A stretch of DNA of 63,485 nt, filler included, from Octopus bimaculoides (lineage: Eukaryota): NCBI RefSeq assembly GCF_001194135.2. It is 5 parts of 4 records of this genome, joined end to end, with 100 filler letters (N's around TTAATTAATTAA, not from the genome) between each part and the next. Parts side by side here need not be neighbours in the genome. Positions count along the whole stretch, not along the records: positions 53,624 to 58,162 come from NC_068997.1; positions 58,263 to 63,485 come from NC_068988.1; 3 more parts are not named here. One strand, 5' to 3'. Each line of letters starts with the position of its first letter. The first letter of the stretch is position 1. Positions 53,841 through 63,485 of this stretch are shown in pieces. Both the position numbers and the translations under genes were made by a program. The notes under the pieces are model-generated. The model had not been told where the DNA came from, did no database searches, and worked only from the letters and a program-made list of their open reading frames with translations.

Positions 53841-54975
53841 CTAGATGTACCCACCATTACCCATTCATTGGGTTACAACTGCTCGAAGTTGAAAATGTCA
53901 GTGTATGGTGGGAAAGGAAAAAATACTATTTCACACTTCATGAACAGTTCTCCTGCCTTTAGTGTGACAACATAAACATGACCAAGTGTTTCTTCTTTGA
54001 AAACGTTCCAATGGTCTTCAACTTTTTGCCCTTGCTTTCTTCTTTGCCATTCTTTGTTACTACTGTTCCAAGAGAAATACATGGGTACTTCAGCATGAAG
54101 TAATGTTTTTGCAAAGTCATCATTGATGCACAATGAAAAGAATTCTGTCAATGTTGTTCTCATGTCATTCATTGATAGCCATATATATCCTCATTATTTT
54201 TGTGCAATATTCTTTGTTCATCTGGTAGATGAACTTGCAGTCTCACTATTGTAGATGCTCTTTCATGAATTGAAAATCCTAAAATGGATTCAACTGCTCC
54301 GCTGGTCCAATATACATGCCCATTAGATATTGACTAATTTTGTTATTGTTTATTTGAACAGCAGCTTGGTCAGTTTGTTTCAGTGTGTATGTGATGATTT
54401 ACTGAATTGACCTCATTGAGGCAATGATTTCAATGTTGCAGTGGTATTTGAATGCTCTTAAAAGAGTTTCATTTTAAGGTACAACCCATTTGTTGTTGCT
54501 TGTTTTTCCATTCTTATGAGATTCAACTCCTCCCATTGCAACTAATCTTCATCTGTAAAGAGATAGTCTCTCTGTCTGTATTTCTGCCTTTTGATTAAGA
54601 TCTTAAAGATTAATATTTTATTTCAAATAAAACAGTAAGTTTCCCTTTAAAGAAAAAAAATGTCAAGTACCTGTGATTCAAAAAATATCTCATAACAGTA
54701 TAGGAAGAATTTCTATCTCACAGCACTCCAAAAGTTGTATAATTGATTAAGGGAAGAATAAAGAAAGTAAGGAAAAAAGATGGACAGCGGTAGCTGCAAC
54801 AACTAAAGGAAGAAAAAAGGTACAGATGGCGGTAAATGTGATAACACTTTGGAGTGTTGACATTTTCAACTTGATTTTTTTTTTCTTAAAGGGGGAAATG
54901 ACTATTTTATTTGTAATCTTTATCATCTTAATCAAATGGCAGGGAAACAAACTTTGAGTTTTAGTATAATATAGA
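53841..54975 (-). mobile_element. Non-autonomous Helitron with both termini and a RepHel fragment
   Basis: Minus strand: 5' A|TCTATATTATACTAAAA at 54975, 3' hairpin ACCCA-ATGAA-TGGGT then CTAG|T at 53841. Internal TTLTEFFSLC..DDFAKTLL..EVP.YF.WN...WQRRKQG and ILGFSIHER...LQVHLPDEQR. Confidence 0.88.
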
Positions 54976-56329
54976 TGTGTGTGTGTGTAGATATCTATGT
55001 ATATTACACACATACACACACACACATCAAATAAAAATGAAGATTAAAGTTTGTGTTATTATTTTTTGTTCTTAGTTCAGAATTGTTTCAGCAATTTCAT
55101 GGTTACTAATCTTGCATCACGTTTAGTCATGCTGCAATATTAGTCCCCATGGAGTTGTTGAAATGATTGTAAACTATGTTGGATGAAATTACATGAAATT
55201 TTACAGGACTTTCTTTTGTTTATTAGATACACTGATAAATGGAGGTAATTCATCTCAGTATATCTGTAATTGTTATTTCTCTTGTATTGACCATTTTTTG
55301 TTAGTTTTTTGGTAATAGTGAAGATTGATAAAATATTAATGGATTTTGTTTCAACACATTTTAATTGCATTATACAGATACATTCATGTGTACTCTTATA
55401 TAAATGTGTACTAGAATTGAGTTAGTGATATTACTTATATTGCATAGTTTACATTTACATTTTCATCAATCTTGTTCCATGTTTGTTAACATGTCAGCAA
55501 TTATTGATTTAGTCATATATTCTATGCAGATGAGTTTTTACAGCATATATGAGAATAGTTTCTTCAGAACATCATAAAAAGACTAATATGCAGATAGACT
55601 CAGCAATTACACCATTGAATAGCACATTGATCACCTTTTGCAAGTTGGTGATTCTGAATAAGCTTATTCTGTTAAGGGAATAAGAAGAAAGGGAGAATGA
55701 AGTAGAAGGAATTAGACAAGATATTTAGCTCCATTCGTTTATCTCTTGGTTCATACATACAAGTCATATCTCCTGGTGTACTATCTTCTATAAATGAGGT
55801 AGTTGGTTGCCTCATTGTGATACACAAGTATTTCTAAGTCATCATTGGTATGTATTGTCTCCAGAATAAGATTGATGTCTGAACATCAAAAAGGCATCTG
55901 CTTTATTGTTTCCTATGATATATGTATACTTTTACAAATAAACAATCCCAACAATTTATAAATGCTTACATTCTTAGACACACATTCATATATTGCTATA
56001 GATATGTTATACATACACACCATTGCCAGACATCATGACTAATATTTTGATACATGAGTCCTTGCATTTCCACACATTCCATACATACATATTCAAATAC
56101 ACTTACATATATAAATATATAGTGACTTTAGATAGTTAGTGACTTCGGAATTAGGGCGAGAGAGACTCATAGACCTAAACCACATTGGAAAAGATTATGG
56201 GAGCTCAAAAACCCAGCAAACCAAAAAAATTTAGAAACATTCTACTGGAGGCTTGATGACAGAGAGGAGGGGGAAGAGGAGGAGGAGGAGACATATAGCT
56301 TAGAGGACTCCCTTAGAAGGGAGGTTAGG

Positions 56330-57430
56330 CGACAGGTTTACATAGTAAAAGGAATAGTAGAAGGTTTGCCAATGTTATGCAGCGCCAGGTATTCGGGATT
56401 GCGAAGCAGTGTATCAGAGAGAATAAAAATGTGGTAGGTGAGAAATGAGTGTGAATTAATAATGGTATGCTTGCACTTAGTGACACAAAGAAGAAAGATA
56501 TGTGGAGATGCCATTATGAAAGGTTGTTAAATGTGGGGAATGATTGGGAGAAGGAGAGTCTTTCAAATATTGACCCAATTGAGGAACCAGTCATCAGAGT
56601 GGAAAACAGTATAATAGATAAGGCAATTAAGAAAATGAAGACTGGGAAAGCCTCTGGAACATCAGGTATCACTGCTGAGATGATTAAAATAGCAGTTGGT
56701 GTAGGATACAGCCGAGTCACTTGCATAGTTAATCATGTTATTCAGGAAAGTGTCATCCCCAAAGACTGGTGTAGCAGTATATAGAGTCAGCTGCTATAAA
56801 GGTAAAGGTGATGACTTAGATAGAAACAACTACAGAGGTATCAAACTGCTGGATCAGGCCATGAAAATTACAGAGAGAGTTATATCTCAACTAATTAGGG
56901 ATAGAATTAATCTAGAATAAGATGCAGTTTGGTTTTGTTCCTGGGAGAAGTACCACAGATGCCATCTTCATAGTGAAACAGTTGCAAAAAACATATTTGG
57001 CCAAAAGTAAGCCATTCTACTTAAGCCTTCATTGACCTGGAGAAAGCTTTCAACAGGGTTCCCCACTCTCTTCTTTGGTGGTCTCCAAGGAAGCTAGGAG
57101 TGGAGTAGTGGCTTGTTAGAGTGGTTCAAGCCATGTAGAGCAATACTCACAGTAAGGTGAGGGTTGGCCTTGAATACACTGATGAATTTAACATAAAAAT
57201 TAGAGTACACCAGGGATCAGTTCTTAGTCATCGTAGTTCTCCAGGCCATAACAGATGAATTCAAAACTGGATACCCATAGGAACTAGTATATGCTGATGA
57301 TCTTGCTCTTATTGCAGAATCTGGAGCAGAATTGAAGAAGTTCCTGGTTTGGAAGCAAAACCTGGAATCAAAGGGCCTTACAGTTAACTTAGTTAAGACT
57401 AAAATTGTTATTAGCAAGAAAGGAGATAAG
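56330..57430 (+). mobile_element. RTE-clade LINE ORF2 fragment, same family as 2060-3445
   Basis: WRCHYERLLNV, MKTGKASGTSGITAEMIK, NYRGIKLL, QFGFVPGRSTTDAIF, GVHQGSVL and YADDLALIAE. Several stops and frameshifts. Confidence 0.92.
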
Positions 57431-57569
57431 ACTCTCTCTTACACTTTTGCTGTTTCCTACTCTTTCTCTATTTCTCTTTGGTCTCTCTCTCCCTCTCTTG
57501 TTTTTTCCACTGACTAGGTAACCAAGTATCTCCTTTATATCAGCACACTTGTTTCTGGCCTCTTTCTTG

Positions 57570-57616
<47 letters not shown>

Positions 57617-57849
57617 AGGTAACCATGTACCTCCTCTATAGCAAGACACCTATTTCTGCTTCTCTATTTCCCTGTTACACTCTAACCTTTCAACATTTGA
57701 TGCTGGATCTCCTCATCTAATGTCCCCTTTCTTGTAATAAGACACCTGCTCCTGTCTCCCTGTCTCTTTGTCACACTCTAACCTTTCATCCTCTGACACA
57801 AGTTCCCCTCCTCAAATGTCCTGCCCCTCTCATAATTCCTTGCCTTATG

Positions 57850-58132
57850 AGTTACTTGGTTACCTGCCTGTGCTGGTGCCATGTTAAAAGCATCCAGTCC
57901 ACACTGTAACATGGTTGGTGTTTAGAAGGGCAACCAGCTGTAAAAACCATACCAACACTAACCTTACCTGTGCTACTGCTAATTAAAAAGTACTGAATCC
58001 TCTCTGTGGAGTGGTTGGCCAAAATAGACACAGTAGCCTAGGGTAGTTTTTCTACCTAGCCAGTTCCTGTCAACCATCCTACCCATGCATGCAGGGAAGA
58101 TGGATGCTAAACGATGATGATGATGATGATGA
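57850..58132 (+). mobile_element. Older RTE-type 3' UTR with (GAT)n tail
   Basis: GGTTGGTGTTTAGAAGGGCAACCAGCTGTAAAAACC...GGATGCTAAACGATGATGATG. Confidence 0.6.
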
Positions 58133-58262
58133 TATATACATACATACATACATACATATATANNNNNNNNNNNNNNNNNNNNNNNNNNNNNNNNNNNNNN
58201 NNNNNNTTAATTAATTAANNNNNNNNNNNNNNNNNNNNNNNNNNNNNNNNNNNNNNNNNNNN

Positions 58263-58522
58263 TTGAGCGGGTGACACATGAGGTTTTTCGAGCGAGATGA
58301 GCGTGGCCGTTGCCAGTACCGCCTGACTGGCCTTCGTGCGGGTGACACGTAAAAGCACCCACTACACTCTCTGAGTGGTTGGCGTTAGGAAGGGCATCCA
58401 GCTGTAGAAACTCTGCCAAATCAGATTGGGGCCTGGTGTAGCCATCTGGTTTCACCAGTCCTCAGTCAAATCGTCCAACCCATGCTAGCATGGAAAGCGG
58501 ACGTTAAACGACGACGACGACG
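58263..58522 (+). mobile_element. Young RTE-type 3' UTR with (GAC)n tail
   Basis: About 97% match by eye to 53624-53790. Confidence 0.7.
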
Positions 58523-58523
58523 A

Positions 58524-58650
58524 CAATGGGCTTCTTCCAATTTCTATCTACCAAATCCACTCACTCAGCTGTGGCTGGCATACAGTGGGACTGAACTCAA
58601 GACCACAAGGTTGAATAGCCAGCTTCCTAGCCACACAACCATACCATACT
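58524..58650 (-). mobile_element. SINE family B 5' part with deletion
   Basis: CTACCAAATCCACTCAC and CAGTGGGACTGAAC in reverse orientation. Confidence 0.65.
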
Positions 58651-58759
58651 CCGTATGTATTCGCATGTGTGTGTGTGTGTGTGCGTGTGTGTGTGTGTAC
58701 ATGCGTCTGTGTGTGTATTTGTATGTGTGTGTGTGTGTGCATGCCAGCATTTATAAATA

Positions 58760-58990
58760 ACATGAAGACAAGATAAAAAAAGAAACAATGTGCTAGGGTT
58801 ATGCTCAGAAAAAGTGGAAGGAAAAGTCTTTTACATTTTGAGCATAAACTCCTCTTCAGGTAAAACAGACAATGAGAGAAGACAATGGAGAGAGAAAAGA
58901 ACAAAGGCATCCCAGTTTGCATGTTGAAACGACTGGAAGAGGAAGGGATTGCTACAGGAGTGAGGTAGGGGGAGTCTGTAAACCTGGCTT
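58760..58990 (-). mobile_element. Penelope-like terminal remnant with CpG-decayed hammerhead motif (58826-58859)
   Basis: Minus strand CTGAAGA-G-GAGT-TTAT-GCTC-AAAA-TGTA-AAAGAC. Resembles 27546-27584. Confidence 0.5.
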
Positions 58991-59961
58991 GTGAGTGTGT
59001 AAGCGAAAGCATGTATGTGCATGAAGTTAATGTGTGCATGTATACTGTGTGTATGCACGTGCATGTGTTTGTCAATTTTCATCAATTACAAGCAGCATCA
59101 TAACCCCCCACCCATATTCTTGAACAGAAGCAGTATGTTAAAGATAGGTTTGATAACGAATACATAATCAGCTTTACTCTAACCATTATCAGAGAAGACA
59201 ACATAGTTGGAAGTTTTGCTATTGAAAAATGTGTAGCCATCATCTTCAGTATCACTAATATCATCATCATTATCATCATCACCATCGTCATTGTTGTCGT
59301 CGTAGTCATCGTCATCATCATCATAATGAAGATGAGTTGGTGATGAGGATGATGATGCCAATGATTGGCATCCATGTTATCATTAATGTTCTTACCATCA
59401 TCATCACACGTGATGTTAGATACCTTACTTATCATCTCCAACATCATTATTGATAATTTTCCTTATCACCATCATCATAATAGTTATCATCATGACCATC
59501 CTCTCCCATTATCATCATCATCCTCATCCTCAACATTCTGAGCAGCATCACTAACAACATCTCCAATAAGAGTACCGATAGCAAAAGCCACGACCCCTCC
59601 CCACCCCCGAAAACTGGAAAAAAAAAAAATTCCAGAATCTGAAAATGTGGTAAGACTTTAGAAGAAGGAAAATAAACAGACTTTGTCGGCAGCAGTGAAG
59701 CCAAATTTGAAAATATTAATTTGCTTTTCTCTCTATGTGGCAAATCTCTTAGAATTAACTGCTAACTCCAATGATAAACAGTATCAGACATGAAAGGTTA
59801 AGAAACATTAATGCATATTTAGGCAGACAATCTCACCAAAATATCTGCAAATGATTCCATGTGTGGACAGAAGTATGTTGTTATGTATACACACTCATAT
59901 GTTATATACTGTACGTATATACGTATATATATATATGTATATACTGTATATACTATATACT

Positions 59962-60308
59962 ACTGCAGCCATGCTGGAGCACCACCTTTAGTGGAACACA
60001 TCGACCCCAGGACTTATTCTTTGTAAGCCTAGTACTTATTTTATAGGTCTCTTATATATATATACATATATACAATATATTATAATATATATGTGTATGT
60101 GTGTGTCTCGGTTTGTGTTTGACCCCACCATTGCTTGACCATCAGTTCCACCTTGTTTAAATACTTGTAAGTTAGTGGTTCAGCAAAAGAGACCATTAGA
60201 ATATGTACAAGGCTTAATAAACGTAAATACTGGGGTTGATTTGTTGAACAAAACTTGTTATGGCAGTGCTCCAGTATGGCTGGCATCCAATGACTGAAAC
60301 AAATAAAA
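59962..60308. mobile_element. Two inverted SINE family B 3' fragments: 59962-60052 (-) and 60105-60308 (+)
   Basis: Both contain AAGAGACC...AGGCTT...CTGGGG...GTGCTCCAG(C/T)ATGGCTG. Confidence 0.75.
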
Positions 60309-60509
60309 TATAAATCATACATACACACATATATACATACACACATATATACATGTGTGTATATATATACATATGTATATATATATATATGTATGTATAC
60401 ACACACACACATGCATGTACATATGCAAATATATGAACATTTAAGTCTATGTATGTGTCTATTTGTGAATTTGTCTGTGTGTGTGTGTGTGTGTGTGTGT
60501 ATTTGTGAA

Positions 60510-60544
<35 letters not shown>

Positions 60545-61363
60545 ATGTCTGTGTGTATTTGAACACTTTTTGCCTATGAAATTTTAATATGAATGAGATT
60601 CCTTAACCCAATAAAATTTGAGGAAATCCAACAAAGAACAAAAAACAATATATATACAACCAAATAGAAAGACAAAAACAAAATAATTTCTGAAAATTCT
60701 CAACAAAATCGAACTAAAAAGGTGTATAAACTCGAACCACCAATTGATATTTTCATGTCTGTGATAAAAATGTTATATTTAACAAAAGTTTGAAGATTGA
60801 AAATGGGAACCAGAACGACAGAGTTAAAGTTTGTTTTTTGTTATTTTTTGTTGTAAGATGTTATTATGAAATGATTAAAGTCACATTTTACATTTATATT
60901 TTAAATTCCATCTCACATATTGAGCATTATCCATCATGTTACTCTCTGTCATCATCTCCTCGACTGTAAAGAATATTGCATACATTCCACAGTGTGTAAA
61001 TGTGTGTAAAGTGATTTTTTGACAGTCAAAATTTGACCTGAATATTAAACAAGATAGAAATCGTTTATTTAGATTGTATTCAACGAAGGTTTTAGCAATG
61101 CAGTTTAGTCTTCTAACTGTACTGGATCCAGAGAACAACATTGCAAACTTGTTTCTTTTATGTAGTATTAAGAAAAGAAAGCAATACATCACTCTGACTT
61201 TCATCTGTATTTTTTTTATATCAACCAAAGAACTTGAAGTGAGCAATAGAAATGTAAAGAAATATCTCAGAATTGTGTTGCAGCTGCTTCTAAAGTATTG
61301 GTACCTCTCCTGTAGCATCTAATTCTAATTTGGTAAGTGTATGATTGTAGACTTAATGTAACA

Positions 61364-61925
61364 CAGTGGTTCCCAGCCTGGGGTCTGCAAAGGTAGGACT
61401 GAGAGTCCATGAACTAAATTCAAAATTTCATATATATATACGTTTGTGTGTGTGTGGATATATAGATACATAAATATATATATACATATGTATATGATAG
61501 GATTGCTTCAATATTTCAGGGGTAGTCTGAAGTATCTAAGCAACCAGGGGATAGTTAAATCCGAAGGCACTCCTGGAGATTACTTTTGTGGGTATCGTCT
61601 TTGTTAGAAGGTATCCAGAGGCAGGTAATTTATTGGTTAAACCACAGTTTATAATTATAATTAAGTGGAGAATGGAGAAACAAACACAAGAAGAAGCAAG
61701 TCAATTGGGCTAGTTAGCCATTGATTTAATTATGTGGAGAATCAATGGCTAACTAGCCCAATCGACTTGCTTCTTCTTGTGTTTGTTTCTCCATTCTCCA
61801 CTTAATTATATATATACATATACATAAGGAAAAGCATATTAAAAGGGATCCATGGAAAAACACATTTAAATAAAAGTGTTGGGACCAACAGTTTGGAATT
61901 GCTGTGGAAAGGTTGGGAGCCACTG
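61364..61925. mobile_element. hAT-type MITE with 8-bp TSD, carrying a nested insertion
   Basis: TIRs CAGTGGTTCCCAGCCT and AGGTTGGGAGCCACTG. ATGTAACA is duplicated at 61356-61363 and 61926-61933. Confidence 0.88.
61656..61810. repeat. Inverted repeat with 71-bp arms (one mismatch) and a 13-bp loop
   Basis: 61656-61726 versus 61740-61810; the only mismatch is A61703/C61763. Confidence 0.96.
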
Positions 61926-62571
61926 ATGTAACACTTGATTAGACCCTTTTTTATACCAACCCACTTGAAACTACCCCTGGTTCTATGACATACACTTTCT
62001 GTTTTAAAGTGATATTAATTAAAGACTTCCACCAATAATGCATGCTTGATAACAATGAAGTTATTTTCATAAATTTTTCAATATTTCTTAGTTAAAACAA
62101 AGTCTTTGAATTTCAACTGAATTATGCTAACAAAAGAGTTAACAGCCCCACCTGGTGGTCGTCAGTGCCTTTAGTTATGTCGACTCTGTTGCAATTATTT
62201 GGATCAGGTTCCTGGTCTAAACACAACTACCATTCTTCCTTCCACAAGTTGTGATTCTGCAAATGGTCATAAAAATCTGTTGGAATTCAATTCTTTTGAC
62301 TTGTGGTAGTGAAGAGGTGGCATGGAATGTTAACCACTAAGCTAGTTGTTTCAGGTACTTCTTCAGTTTCAGCCTCAATGGTTGCAATATTTGTGAAGTG
62401 GTGGGTGTCTATCTTTCAACAATGAGAACTCTATTGCTTGTTCAAATGAATAAACATGTAAGGGGCTGAATACTGCACCGACATGTTGTACCCTTAACGT
62501 TGTTCTCAAGCAGAATTAGTATGACTCAGTGTGTAACAAGGCTGTACATTTTAAAATACATATAAAACTCA

Positions 62572-62735
62572 TCTGACAGGCTTCAGTACAGTTTCAATTT
62601 ACCCCCATTCCACTCACATGGTATGAGTTGACCTGAGAATATAAAAAATTACATTTATTTAAGGTGCCATACAGTTGGATTGAACAAGGAATCTCATGGT
62701 TGTGTAACAAACTTTTAAGCCATTCAGCCATATTA
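62572..62735 (-). mobile_element. SINE family B 5' part, diverged
   Basis: AAGGTGCCATACAG...GGAATCTCATGGTTG...CCATTCAGCCA in reverse orientation. Confidence 0.55.
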
Positions 62736-63272
62736 CATCTATACATCTATAAACATCAACATCAACAACACTGAAAAATCCAAAAAAAAAGAAAAAGAAG
62801 CTATGTTTGCCTTTGTTTTAATGAATATCGTGTAAGACCACAACAAACAAAATGAAAACTTGAGGACTGACATGGAGAGAGAGATTCACTAAATCAGTTT
62901 AGCTTCAACAATGTTAATTAAAGCCATTTGATTCTGTAGAGCCTGCAAATTCAATTCTAAGAGTCCAAGTTAATACCATTATTAATAAACACAGTTTTTG
63001 TGTATATAATATATGCATGTTTTTTTTTGTTTTTGTTTTACCTGCTGATAAAGTAGGATAAACCGATTGACCAACCATCAATAATCTTTAATCACGTACA
63101 AGTGTGACTAACAGTTTATTTCTTGACTTTTATTTATAACCAGAGATCTCAGCAGTTGTTGATAGAACCTTCTCACTTTAATACACACATAATTCTAGAT
63201 TAGAGTAGATTATGCTCAATTCAGATTACACTGAAATATTATTGGTGTTGTTGTTGTAGGGAAAACTATTAC

Positions 63273-63354
<82 letters not shown>

Positions 63355-63485
63355 TTATGTTTGACTTTTGTTTTGCATTTGTACAAGTTGGATCCAAGTC
63401 TCACCCAGAGACCTCAAGAGACAACAAGTTAGAAGTTCATGTAGGTGTTATGCCTAGGGTACCATATATTTGGATTTGTACAGTT

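Noticed and set aside
62345-62382. Minus-strand CTGAAGAAGTACCTGAAAC
   Set aside because: Two-bp stem II and no NUH or stem I; likely chance.

Overview
Eukaryotic, AT-rich, repeat-saturated 63.5 kb window from a gapped draft assembly. The SINE types and microsatellite density suggest an octopus/cephalopod genome, which is an inference and not a database match. I recognise no host protein-coding exon, so this is probably intergenic or a large intron; almost all long ORFs in the track come from N gaps, microsatellites or transposon remnants. Contents: many copies of at least three tRNA-type SINE families; fossils of RTE, RTE-BovB-like, R4/Dong-like and HERO-like LINEs; several Tc1/mariner remnants; two hAT MITEs with 8-bp TSDs; a 679-bp TIR element with an 8-bp TSD carrying TTAGGG repeats; and a 1.1 kb Helitron with both termini. 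The most notable signal is a set of up to six minimal hammerhead-ribozyme-like motifs of the Penelope-like-element type. All share an extra nucleotide between CUGANGA and stem II. One sits in the loop of a perfect 90-bp-arm hairpin whose arm starts at the predicted cleavage site. Two other long hairpins embedded in TA tracts share that hairpin's one-sided architecture.
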